A program made the translations under genes and the position numbers. A DNA stretch of 24,000 bases from Marispirochaeta sp. (GTDB lineage: Bacteria; Spirochaetota; Spirochaetia; JC444; Marispirochaetaceae), in contig NZ_CAXXFY010000001.1 in NCBI RefSeq assembly GCF_963668165.2, positions 2,309,745 through 2,333,744 on the forward strand, read 5' to 3'. A model generated the notes under the pieces. The model was not told the origin of the DNA and made no database searches. It saw only the letters and a program-made list of their open reading frames with translations. Positions 8,306 through 16,598 of this stretch are shown here, piece after piece; positions within the stretch are counted from its first letter, which is position 1; every line of letters begins with the position of its first letter.

Positions 8306-9835
8306 ATGAACGCACTGATGGTCGTTATTCTTCCTCTCGTAGGTATAATTCTAGGTTGGACTATAAGATGGGTATATGCCCGATTCCAGCTTTCTTCTGT
8401 TGAGCAGAAAGCTGAGCGTTTGAGTCAAGATGCCATACGGGAAGCTGAAGCACGAAAAAGAGAGCTTCTGCTTGAAACGAAAGATCAACTCCTAAAAGAG
8501 AGGAACCAGCAGGAGCGTGAATTTCGAGAAAGAAGAAGCGAATTGCAGCGCCTTGACAGGCGACTGCAACAACGTGAAGAAAATCTAGAAAAAAAACAGA
8601 GTCTGCTTGAACGACAAAAGCAGGATCTCACCGATCGAGAGGAAAAGATAGCAGGAGAAGAGGCACAAATTGCACAAAAACTTGAGCAATGGCGCGATGA
8701 ATTAGAAAAAATAGCCGGATTGACGTCGGAAGAAGCAAAAAAGATAATAATCGGCTCCATGGAAAACGAGGCCAGGCACGATGCCCAGCTGATTATCAAT
8801 AAAATCGAGCAGGAAGCGATAAGTACCGCAGAAAAGAAATCCCGGGATATTCTTATTACAACGATCCAGCGCCTTGCCACTGAGGTCAGTTCGGAGGTGA
8901 CTATAGCATCAGTTTCACTGCCGAATGACGAAATGAAAGGCAGGATAATCGGCCGTGAGGGAAGGAATATCCGGACCCTTGAGACTCTTACCGGGGTGGA
9001 TGTTATAATTGACGATACGCCCGAGGCGGTTGTGATTTCCTGTTTTGATCCTATACGTAAAGAGATTGCCCGGCGTTCCCTCGAAAGGCTTATAACCGAT
9101 GGCAGGATACATCCCGCCAGAATAGAAGAGGTTGTGCAGAAGGTTACAAAGGAGATCAGCCAGATCATCTATGACGAGGGTGAAAAGGTGCTCTTTGATC
9201 TGGGTATCCATAACATGAGTCAGGAGTGTATTCGGGCACTGGGCAGGCTGCACTTCAGGACCAGCTACGGGCAGAATGTGCTGAACCACTCCAAAGAGGT
9301 AGCTGTTCTTTCCGGTATGCTTGCCGGGGAGGTCGGCGCTGACAAGGAGATTGCCAAACGGGGGGCTCTTCTTCACGATATCGGCAAGGGTATTGAGACC
9401 GACGGTGACGCCAACCATGCGGAACTGGGTATGGAACTTGCACGGAAAAACGGCGAAGACCCGCGGGTTATCAACGCGATTGGATCCCACCATAATGATG
9501 TGGAGCCCAACTGTATTGAATCGGTCCTGGTGCAGATTGCGGATGCAATTTCAGCCGCCCGCCCCGGAGCCCGGCGTGAAACGCTGGACAACTACATCAA
9601 GAGGCTCGAAAATCTCGAGCGGATTGCCGGAGAGTTTGACGGTGTAGAAAAGACCTTTGCCATCCAGGCCGGCCGCGAACTGCGGATTATGGTGAACAAC
9701 GACCGTATCAGCGATGATAAGGCTAAAGAGCTGGCTAAGGATATAGCAAAGAAGATTGAGTCTGAATTGCGCTATCCCGGACGCATAAAGGTAACAATAA
9801 TACGTGAGACCCGGGTTGTTGAATATGCCCGCTGA
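8306..9835 (+). CDS. rny: Ribonuclease Y
   Basis: The ATG at 8306 follows GGAGG; the ORF-track start at 8243 would include the promoter. Features are an N-terminal TM anchor (MVVILPLVGIILGWTI), an E/K/Q coiled coil, a KH domain (GRIIGREGRNIRTLETLTGVD) and an HD domain (LLHDIGK, GSHHND). Confidence 0.93.
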   Translation: MNALMVVILPLVGIILGWTIRWVYARFQLSSVEQKAERLSQDAIREAEARKRELLLETKDQLLKERNQQEREFRERRSELQRLDRRLQQREENLEKKQSLLERQKQDLTDREEKIAGEEAQIAQKLEQWRDELEKIAGLTSEEAKKIIIGSMENEARHDAQLIINKIEQEAISTAEKKSRDILITTIQRLATEVSSEVTIASVSLPNDEMKGRIIGREGRNIRTLETLTGVDVIIDDTPEAVVISCFDPIRKEIARRSLERLITDGRIHPARIEEVVQKVTKEISQIIYDEGEKVLFDLGIHNMSQECIRALGRLHFRTSYGQNVLNHSKEVAVLSGMLAGEVGADKEIAKRGALLHDIGKGIETDGDANHAELGMELARKNGEDPRVINAIGSHHNDVEPNCIESVLVQIADAISAARPGARRETLDNYIKRLENLERIAGEFDGVEKTFAIQAGRELRIMVNNDRISDDKAKELAKDIAKKIESELRYPGRIKVTIIRETRVVEYAR

Positions 9836-9869
9836 TCCCAGGTAGAGACGAAAGGATAATCATCAATTG

Positions 9870-10664
9870 ATGGCACAGCATGTAAATGCTCTGATTCTCG
9901 GTGACATAGTCGGACAGCCGGGAATCAGGGCTGTTTTTATTCATTTGAAGCAGTTGATTCGGGATACCGGGGCGGACCTGGTGATCGCCAATGGGGAGAA
10001 CTCGGCCGACGGTTTTGGTATTACACCCCAGATCGTGGACCAGCTTTTCTCGTGCGGCGTGGACGTTATTACCACAGGTAACCACGTATGGCAGAAGCGG
10101 GAGATTATTAACTCACTTGAAAATTCAGACCGTATTTTGCGCCCGGCGAACTATCCTCCCGGCGCTCCCGGTAAAGGTGTTACAAAAATCGATGTAAAGG
10201 GAATACCTGTTGCGGTAATTAACCTGCAGGGAAGGCAGCATATGTACTCCCTGGATTGTCCCTTTCGCAGCGCCGATGAAATACTGAAGAAACTGGATGG
10301 TAAAGCGAAGATCAGAATAATCGATTTTCATGCCGAAGAGGTCATGGAAAAAGAGGCGCTGGCCTACTACTTGAATGGCCGGGTGTCCGCTGTTCTGGGT
10401 ACCCATACCCATATTCAAACTGCTGATGAGCGTATACTCTCCGATGGAACGGCCTACATAACTGACATTGGCATGACCGGACCTGCCCGAAGCGTAATTG
10501 GGGTAAATCTGGAGACTGCTATAGAACGATCTTTGACCCAGATGCCTTTAAAGATGGCGGTTGCTGATATGGAAGCCTGCATACGGGGTGTGCATCTGCG
10601 CATTGATGGGGAAAACGGGAGATGCGTCGAGATAAATAGAATATTTATCGAGTCGAGCCTCTGA
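9870..10664 (+). CDS. ymdB: YmdB-like metallophosphoesterase (TIGR00282-type 2',3'-cyclic-nucleotide phosphodiesterase family)
   Basis: Motifs seen: GDIVGQPG, ANGENSADGFGIT, TTGNHVW, DFHAE, GTHTHIQTADERIL, YITDIGMTG. It lies directly downstream of rny, as in Bacillus. The start could be TTG 9867 or ATG 9870. Confidence 0.85.
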   Translation: MAQHVNALILGDIVGQPGIRAVFIHLKQLIRDTGADLVIANGENSADGFGITPQIVDQLFSCGVDVITTGNHVWQKREIINSLENSDRILRPANYPPGAPGKGVTKIDVKGIPVAVINLQGRQHMYSLDCPFRSADEILKKLDGKAKIRIIDFHAEEVMEKEALAYYLNGRVSAVLGTHTHIQTADERILSDGTAYITDIGMTGPARSVIGVNLETAIERSLTQMPLKMAVADMEACIRGVHLRIDGENGRCVEINRIFIESSL

Positions 10665-10670
10665 TACGCC

Positions 10671-11480
10671 ATGGCTGCTTCTCGGCGAGGGTCAGGAAAA
10701 GTACCTCTTCTGCAGCTTCTTTGCCGCAAGTTTCCGGAACTGACCAGGGAAGAACTCTACGCGCGGTTGTTGTGCGGTGAGGTAAGGGTCGGCAGCGGCA
10801 TTGAAAAGGATCCGAAGGCTCTGGTCAATCCAGCGGCGGATATAAGCTTTGTTTTCCGCCGTTATGTAAGCCGGGGCGGAGAGAAGCTGGAATCCGCTTT
10901 TAAGAATCTGCAGTTTCCTGTTTCCGGAAAAATTTTTATTGACGCCGGCTCTTCCACCGGGGGCTTTACCCATTTCCTGCTGCTCCATGGGGCCCGGGCA
11001 GTCCATGCGGTGGATGTCGGTTATAATCAGCTTGATTACCGGCTGCGGAACGATCCGCGGGTAATAGTCCATGAGCGTACCAATATTCAATCTTTATCAT
11101 CCCTCGATCCGGGACCCCATGCCGCTGTGGGGGACCTCTCCTTTCGTTCTTTACGGGGAGTCGTGGGGCATATACTTTCTCTTACTCAGGAAGAGTGGGG
11201 TGTCTTTCTTTTGAAGCCGCAGTTTGAGATTACCGATCCCGCTGAAGATTTCTGCGGTGTAGTGCATGATGCTGCTACCCTGAAGCGTACGTTACAGAGC
11301 ACACTGCTCTCCCTGGCCGAAGAATCGATCCGGACTGAGGCCATGTGTGCCGCGGGGATCCGGGGCCGCAAGGGCAACCAGGAGTATATGGTTTTATTGC
11401 GAAGAGATGGATCTGGTACTGTACAGGAACGCTCCGGCCGGGTTATGCATCTGGTCCATGATATATTGACGGAGCCCTGA
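10671..11480 (+). CDS. tlyA: TlyA-family rRNA 2'-O-methyltransferase (often annotated as hemolysin A)
   Basis: An S4-like N-terminus is followed by an FtsJ-like fold. YVSRGGEKLESAF and IDAGSSTGGFTHFLLLHGARAVHAVDVGYNQL are typical of TlyA. Confidence 0.85.
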   Translation: MAASRRGSGKVPLLQLLCRKFPELTREELYARLLCGEVRVGSGIEKDPKALVNPAADISFVFRRYVSRGGEKLESAFKNLQFPVSGKIFIDAGSSTGGFTHFLLLHGARAVHAVDVGYNQLDYRLRNDPRVIVHERTNIQSLSSLDPGPHAAVGDLSFRSLRGVVGHILSLTQEEWGVFLLKPQFEITDPAEDFCGVVHDAATLKRTLQSTLLSLAEESIRTEAMCAAGIRGRKGNQEYMVLLRRDGSGTVQERSGRVMHLVHDILTEP

Positions 11481-11554
11481 CCTGTTGTTCATTCTGGTGT
11501 GTTTACTGTCTTTTTTACGGTTCCTGAATTATAATTTGTTTTGGTGGCAAAAAT

Positions 11555-12319
11555 ATGAAACAATGGTATGAAGCCTTATTCGAGAATTACGCCGAAAGCT
11601 ATGACCGGGAGACCTTTACCCGGGGGACTCTCGGGGAATGCGACTTCATTGAAGCCGAGCTCTCTGCTGACAAATCAAAAAGAATCGTCGATATAGGCTG
11701 CGGGACCGGCCGCCACAGCATAGAGTTGGCAAAACGCGGTTATAAAATAACCGGGGTGGATCTTTCCGTTTCCATGCTGGAAAGGGCACGTCAAAAAGCC
11801 GGAGAAGCCGGAGTACAGATCACGTTTCTGCAGCATGATGCGCGTAAACTCCCTTTTGAGGGAAATTTTGATGTGGCGCTTATGCTGTGTGAGGGCGGTT
11901 TTCCCCTGATGGAAACCGATGAAATGAATTTCGAAATCCTCAGGAATGTGCGGCGTGCCCTGGTCCCCGGCGGGAAGCTTATCTTTACCACCCTGAACGG
12001 CCTTTTCCCTCTGTTCAACTCGGTGGAGCAGTTCTGCGCCGCCGAGTCTTCCAATGACAACGCAGCATATCGGCAGAACTCCTTTAATCTTATGACTTTC
12101 CGGGACCATAATATTACCGAGATAGTTGACGATAACGGTAATAAGCAGATTCTGGACTGCAACGAGCGTTATTATGTTCCCAGCGAAATTACCTGGCTGC
12201 TGAAAAGCCTTGACTTTGTTTCCATCGACATCTTCGCCGCCAGGCTTGGTGAGTTCTCCAGACAGCATGTTCTGACCAAAGATGATTTTGAGATGCTCGT
12301 TATAGCAAAACTCGATTGA
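11555..12319 (+). CDS. Class I SAM-dependent methyltransferase, substrate unknown
   Basis: SAM-binding motif I VDIGCGTGRHSIELAKRGYKITGVDLS. An acidic post-I residue and LVPGGKLIF (motif III-like) are present. GGTGG SD lies before the ATG. Confidence 0.8.
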   Translation: MKQWYEALFENYAESYDRETFTRGTLGECDFIEAELSADKSKRIVDIGCGTGRHSIELAKRGYKITGVDLSVSMLERARQKAGEAGVQITFLQHDARKLPFEGNFDVALMLCEGGFPLMETDEMNFEILRNVRRALVPGGKLIFTTLNGLFPLFNSVEQFCAAESSNDNAAYRQNSFNLMTFRDHNITEIVDDNGNKQILDCNERYYVPSEITWLLKSLDFVSIDIFAARLGEFSRQHVLTKDDFEMLVIAKLD

Positions 12320-12344
12320 AGATAATCGGGGATTCAGGGGTTGA

Positions 12345-13121
12345 TTAGAGATCCTCTCTTCCCAAAGGTTTTCCTATGTAAAGACCTTCCGGGTTCAGAT
12401 ACTGCTGTTTTACCCCTTCAATAAGGAACTGTACCCGGTCTACAGTAGGAAACTCCGTGGCAGTGTAGATAAGCTGTTTAAGCTGGAGTACAGCTCCCTC
12501 GTAACCGAAGGTGTTAAAGCGGAAGGCTTCGGTCATATCGATATACGCAATACCGTCTTTTACCGCCACGGATTTGATTTTTGCTTCTCCGGGTACAAGG
12601 CTTAGCAGATTCTGGTTCAGTTCAGAAGAGGACGGCCCCTCTAACAGTGCTTTGAGTGTATCCGTCAGTGGAGAATCGGTGTAATAAATAGGACGCACAA
12701 CTCGCCGCAACTCACCGGAGGTGCCGTCATGAAAAACGAAGTACAGAGTGGCCCTGCGCAGCCTTTTTGTCTGTGTTTCCGTTTTCGGTGAAGGTTCCTG
12801 CTGCTGAGTTGATGACTCCTGCGGTACAAGCTCCAGGGCGACAAACGAATCCTCCTCCCTCCGGTCACTTTCTTCGCTTGTTTCCGGCTGTGCCGGTTCA
12901 GGAATGCTCTGTTGCTCCGGTTTCTCCTCCGCCTGAGGCTTCTCAGCTTCGGTCGATTCTATCTGCGGTTTTTCCTGAACGGTGCTCAGAACATCTATAA
13001 ATCCTGTCGCTTCCAGCACGTGTTCAATACGTCTGCGGTTAAAGAGGAATATTACCAGTATCAGCAGGATCAGGGCGATCCAGAATAAACATCCCAGAGA
13101 TGCTTTTCGTTTTCTCTTCAT
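12345..13121 (-). CDS. GerMN-domain membrane-anchored protein
   Basis: I prefer the start at the ATG at 13121 (MKRKRKASLGCLFWIALILLILVIFLF, a signal anchor). The longer ORF-track version overlaps ptsI. An E/P/Q-rich linker is followed by a C-terminal GerMN-like region (LYFVF...TDTLKALLEGP...GIAYIDMT...QLIYTATEFPTVDRVQFLIEG). Confidence 0.75.
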   Translation of the reverse strand: MKRKRKASLGCLFWIALILLILVIFLFNRRRIEHVLEATGFIDVLSTVQEKPQIESTEAEKPQAEEKPEQQSIPEPAQPETSEESDRREEDSFVALELVPQESSTQQQEPSPKTETQTKRLRRATLYFVFHDGTSGELRRVVRPIYYTDSPLTDTLKALLEGPSSSELNQNLLSLVPGEAKIKSVAVKDGIAYIDMTEAFRFNTFGYEGAVLQLKQLIYTATEFPTVDRVQFLIEGVKQQYLNPEGLYIGKPLGREDL

Positions 13122-13152
13122 AGGCTCATTATCGACAACCAGTGTATGATAT

Positions 13153-13181
13153 TTGACAGTAGCCTGAAAAGAGCGTATAGT
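13153..13181 (+). promoter_or_regulatory. Candidate sigma70 promoter of ptsI, implying a leaderless or very short-leader mRNA
   Basis: TTGACA (13153-13158), 17-nt spacer, TATAGT (13176-13181). The ptsI ATG at 13191 is only 9 nt past the -10 box, and no SD lies between them. Confidence 0.45.
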
Positions 13182-13190
13182 GATCCCTGC

Positions 13191-14939
13191 ATGAGAGAGC
13201 TGACGGGTATTTCGGCATCTCCGGGTATCACGATCGGTACTGCATTCCTGTACATCGACGACGCCTTCACGGTTCCACGCTATGATGTTGACGAGTCTGA
13301 TCTGGAACGGGAGTACGAGCGCTTCGAGGAAGCCTTGGAGAAGGCCACACAAGAGATTATTGAACTCAAAGATCACACTTCCTCGTCGGTAGGCGGGGAT
13401 GAGAATAAATTTCTCGACGCCCATATCCTGATGATACAGGATCCGGAGTTCGCGGAACAGATAAAGCAGAATCTAAAAGGGAAGAAAAAGAACGTTGAAT
13501 GGATTCTGCAACAGACTATTCAGGGAGTAATCAACAAGCTTTCAAGTTCACAGGACAGCTATATCAGTGAACGTTCCATCGATCTCCACGATGTTTCCAA
13601 AAGAGTGTTGAATCATCTGATGTACAGGGAGCGGATATCTCTGGCCGATTTATCCACTGAAGTAATCCTGATAACTCATAATCTGCTGCCCTCCGACGCC
13701 CTGGCAATGAATACCCGCAAGGTAAAGGGGATTGCCATGGACGCAGGAGGCAAGACATCCCACACGGCAATCCTTGCCCGGGCATTCGAAATCCCGGCAG
13801 TCCTGGGGCTTTCCACGGTTACGAGTGTCGCGCGTACCGGGGACACGATTATCATTGATGGCAACCGCGGTAAGGTTATTGTAGACCCTGACGAGCAAAC
13901 CCGGAAAAAGTACGAGGAGATTCTGAAGCAGTGGCGTCAGCGCGAGGTTCAGCTGGCTACCCTGAACCAGCTCCCCGCTGAAACCCAGGACGGTAAACAT
14001 ATACTGCTTGGGGCGAATATTGAGCTCCCGGAAGAGACTGAAGCGGTTATCGCCCATGGAGCGGACGGCGTCGGATTGTTCCGTTCGGAGTTTCTCTTTA
14101 TGCAGCCCGGCGGGGTATCTGACGAGGAGCAGCAGTATGAAGCTTACTCGGAGGTAGTTAAGGCTCTGGAAGGTAAACCGGTAACCATCAGGACCCTCGA
14201 TGTAGGGGGAGATAAGGCTGTTCCCGGTTTTGAACAGCATAGCGAGAAAAACCCGATCCTTGGCTGGCGGGCCGTGCGGTTCTGCTTTTCCCGGCCCGAT
14301 CTTTTTAAAATTCAGCTCCGTGCCATTCTTCGTGCCTCGGTGCATGGCGATCTCCGCATCATGTTTCCCATGATCTCCGGGGTGGAGGAGGTGGATAAGG
14401 CATTGGATCTTCTCGAAGAAGCCAGAAATGAGTGCCGTGAAAAAGGCCAGTCCTTCAAAGAGAATATCTCTGTGGGAATCATGATTGAGGTGCCTTCGGC
14501 GGCTTTGACCTCCGATATTCTGGCCAGGAAGGTCGATTTTTTCTCCATAGGAACCAATGACCTTATACAGTACACTATCGCGGTGGACCGCGGCAACGAG
14601 CGAATCGCCTATCTGTATGAGCCTTTTCATCCAGGCGTTTTGCGCCTGATTAAAATGGTTATCGATAATGCCCACAGCGCAGGAATTCCTGTGAATATGT
14701 GCGGTGAAATGGCAGGAGACCCCATCGCAACAGTAATTCTGTTGGGAATGGGGCTGGATGTTTTTAGTATGTCCTCCTTCAGTATACCAGAGGTTAAGCA
14801 GATCATCCGTTCGACTTCGATGATGGAAGCAGAAGAGCTGGTTGGGGAGATTATGGAAATGAAGTCGTATAAAGAAATAGACGAACACGTTCGCGGATGG
14901 ATGAATGCACGATATAATCTCGAAGGCTACACCGGATAG
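13191..14939 (+). CDS. ptsI: Phosphoenolpyruvate-protein phosphotransferase (PTS Enzyme I)
   Basis: MRELTGISASPGITIGTAF aligns with the EI N-terminus. The phospho-His motif GGKTSHTAILARAFEIPAV and the C-terminal PEP-utilising motifs IGTNDLIQY and CGEMAGDP are present. Confidence 0.93.
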   Translation: MRELTGISASPGITIGTAFLYIDDAFTVPRYDVDESDLEREYERFEEALEKATQEIIELKDHTSSSVGGDENKFLDAHILMIQDPEFAEQIKQNLKGKKKNVEWILQQTIQGVINKLSSSQDSYISERSIDLHDVSKRVLNHLMYRERISLADLSTEVILITHNLLPSDALAMNTRKVKGIAMDAGGKTSHTAILARAFEIPAVLGLSTVTSVARTGDTIIIDGNRGKVIVDPDEQTRKKYEEILKQWRQREVQLATLNQLPAETQDGKHILLGANIELPEETEAVIAHGADGVGLFRSEFLFMQPGGVSDEEQQYEAYSEVVKALEGKPVTIRTLDVGGDKAVPGFEQHSEKNPILGWRAVRFCFSRPDLFKIQLRAILRASVHGDLRIMFPMISGVEEVDKALDLLEEARNECREKGQSFKENISVGIMIEVPSAALTSDILARKVDFFSIGTNDLIQYTIAVDRGNERIAYLYEPFHPGVLRLIKMVIDNAHSAGIPVNMCGEMAGDPIATVILLGMGLDVFSMSSFSIPEVKQIIRSTSMMEAEELVGEIMEMKSYKEIDEHVRGWMNARYNLEGYTG

Positions 14940-16236
14940 TTTACCCCGGGTTGTAATTGTCGGCCGACCCAATGTAGGAAAATCAACACTTTTTAACAGA
15001 CTTATCGGCCACAGGGTCGCGATAACGGACCCCACTCCGGGGGTTACCCGGGACCCGGTGGAGGCCCGCTGGGAAATGGACAACGGGGCTGTTATGCTGA
15101 TTGATACCGGCGGATACAAACTCGAACATCAGGATTTAGATACCCTTGTAACCCTGCGCAGTCTGCGTACCCTGGATGATGCTGACTGCATTGTGCTTGT
15201 ACTTGATGTCACTGAAATTACTCCCGAGGATGAATCTTTTATAGAACGATTGCGGCCTTTTGCCGAAAGGGTGATTGTGGCGGTCAACAAGGTGGATCAT
15301 GAAATCCGGGAACCGCTGGTTTATAATTATCACAGTTTCGGTTTTTCCAGGGTCGTGGGAATTTCTTCTGCGCACGGCCGGGGAATCTCCGAACTGACCG
15401 ATGAGATTATCAAAATTATTCCCGAGTGGGGGCGCGTTCAGGAGGAAGAGCCGGCCATACGCCTCGCCATTCTGGGAAAACCGAATACGGGTAAATCTAC
15501 CTTGTTGAACAGACTGTGCAATGATGATCGTTCCATTGTGTCCGATATTCCCGGAACTACCCGTGATGTGGTTGAGGGAAGCTTTCAATATAAACATACC
15601 CTGTACAAGGTTCTGGATACTGCGGGAATCCGCCGCCGGGTAAAGGTAACCGATCAGGTTGAATATTACTCAGTTAACCGCGCCATTGCGGCTATCGAAA
15701 GGGCAGATATCATCTTTCTTTTAATCGATGCCCTTTCGGGTTTGAGCGATCAGGACAAGAAGATCGCCGGTTTGATTGTGAAACGCGGCCGGGGGGTCGT
15801 AATGGTATTGAACAAGTGGGACCTTATGTCCGGAATAGCCAACGAAGCCCAGGCGGTAGAGGACCGGGTACGCTTTCTTTTCCCTATGCTCGATTTTGCT
15901 CCCCTGGTACGGATTTCAGCCAGGGAAGGAGAGGGTATCGACAATCTGCTCAATACCGCCCACCAGGTCTGGAAACAGCTGAACAGGCGGGTGGATACCG
16001 GTGAGCTTAACCGCAAACTTGCTGAATGGACTGACCACTATGATCCTCCGCGGGACAACCGCGGTCAGTTCAGAACTAAATATATGACCCAGGTAACAAG
16101 CAATCCCGTCAGTTTTGCACTCTTTGTCAATCGCCCCAAGGGCTTTCCGTCCGGGTATCTTCAGTATTTGAAGAACCGTTTGCGAAAAGATCTCGGGTTT
16201 ACTGCTATTCCCCTGGATATCCACCTGAAAGGATAA
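14905..16236 (+). CDS. der: Ribosome-biogenesis GTPase Der (EngA)
   Basis: Two tandem GTPase domains (GRPNVGKST/DTGG/NKVD and GKPNTGKST/DTAG/NKWD) plus a KH-like C-terminus. The only upstream in-frame ATG (14905) overlaps ptsI by 35 nt. Confidence 0.92.
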   Translation: MHDIISKATPDSLPRVVIVGRPNVGKSTLFNRLIGHRVAITDPTPGVTRDPVEARWEMDNGAVMLIDTGGYKLEHQDLDTLVTLRSLRTLDDADCIVLVLDVTEITPEDESFIERLRPFAERVIVAVNKVDHEIREPLVYNYHSFGFSRVVGISSAHGRGISELTDEIIKIIPEWGRVQEEEPAIRLAILGKPNTGKSTLLNRLCNDDRSIVSDIPGTTRDVVEGSFQYKHTLYKVLDTAGIRRRVKVTDQVEYYSVNRAIAAIERADIIFLLIDALSGLSDQDKKIAGLIVKRGRGVVMVLNKWDLMSGIANEAQAVEDRVRFLFPMLDFAPLVRISAREGEGIDNLLNTAHQVWKQLNRRVDTGELNRKLAEWTDHYDPPRDNRGQFRTKYMTQVTSNPVSFALFVNRPKGFPSGYLQYLKNRLRKDLGFTAIPLDIHLKG

Positions 16237-16289
16237 TGTTCATATAGAGTGCATAGTTAGTGGGAATAGCTGCGTATTGTCTCAGAAGC

Positions 16290-16598
16290 TTAGTTCTTGT
16301 TTCTTTCGAGATTTCGTTTCAGACAGGAACATATAAGCTTCCACTCATTCAAAGATATACAGATATTATCTGCTATGATTCCCCAATCCTCGTTTAATAA
16401 GTAACGATAAGTTCCGGTGAGGGTTTTCGGGGAGCCCGCCCGGAATGCCCAGCGTCTCCCCATAAGTTCACAGAACCATAGGTCCTGGCCATGTTTTTGT
16501 TTTATCAAATCAGAAACGTCCTGCAGAGTCGATTTTGCATCGGGATTGTCTGAAAACAGAAGGTCAATGGTATCAGATATAGACATCTCTTTGTCCAT
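16290..16598 (-). CDS. Hypothetical 102-aa protein translationally coupled to the HydG-like gene
   Basis: The ATG at 16598 (alternative 16586) overlaps the HydG-like stop (16573-16575) in another frame. The upstream part of the 149-aa ORF-track version lies inside the HydG-like gene. It shares the lower-GC composition of its neighbour. I recognise no family. Confidence 0.5.
   Translation of the reverse strand: MDKEMSISDTIDLLFSDNPDAKSTLQDVSDLIKQKHGQDLWFCELMGRRWAFRAGSPKTLTGTYRYLLNEDWGIIADNICISLNEWKLICSCLKRNLERNKN

Noticed and set aside
8485-9591. Minus-strand ORFs of 227, 192, 62 and 72 aa, plus the plus-strand 108-aa ORF at 9321-9647, inside rny.
   Set aside because: They are antisense or off-frame to a strongly supported RNase Y CDS. 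The sequences are Ser/Arg-rich low complexity.
11481-11554. A TATAAT hexamer at 11530-11535 upstream of the methyltransferase gene, considered as a promoter.
   Set aside because: No acceptable -35 lies at 16-18 nt spacing. The implied TSS would fall on or after the SD (GGTGG 11543-11547). The gene may simply be co-transcribed with tlyA.
13122-13424. A 101-codon N-terminal extension of the minus-strand GerMN ORF.
   Set aside because: It overlaps the ptsI promoter and 5' coding region. It has no internal Met, and the Lys/Arg-rich signal-anchor start at 13121 is a typical N-terminus.
13650-15119. A 489-aa minus-strand ORF antisense to ptsI and der, plus smaller antisense ORFs at 13564-13864 and 14312-14596.
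   Set aside because: The sense strand carries unmistakable EI and Der motifs. Long antisense ORFs are expected in GC-rich coding DNA, and the product is low-complexity with no recognisable domain.
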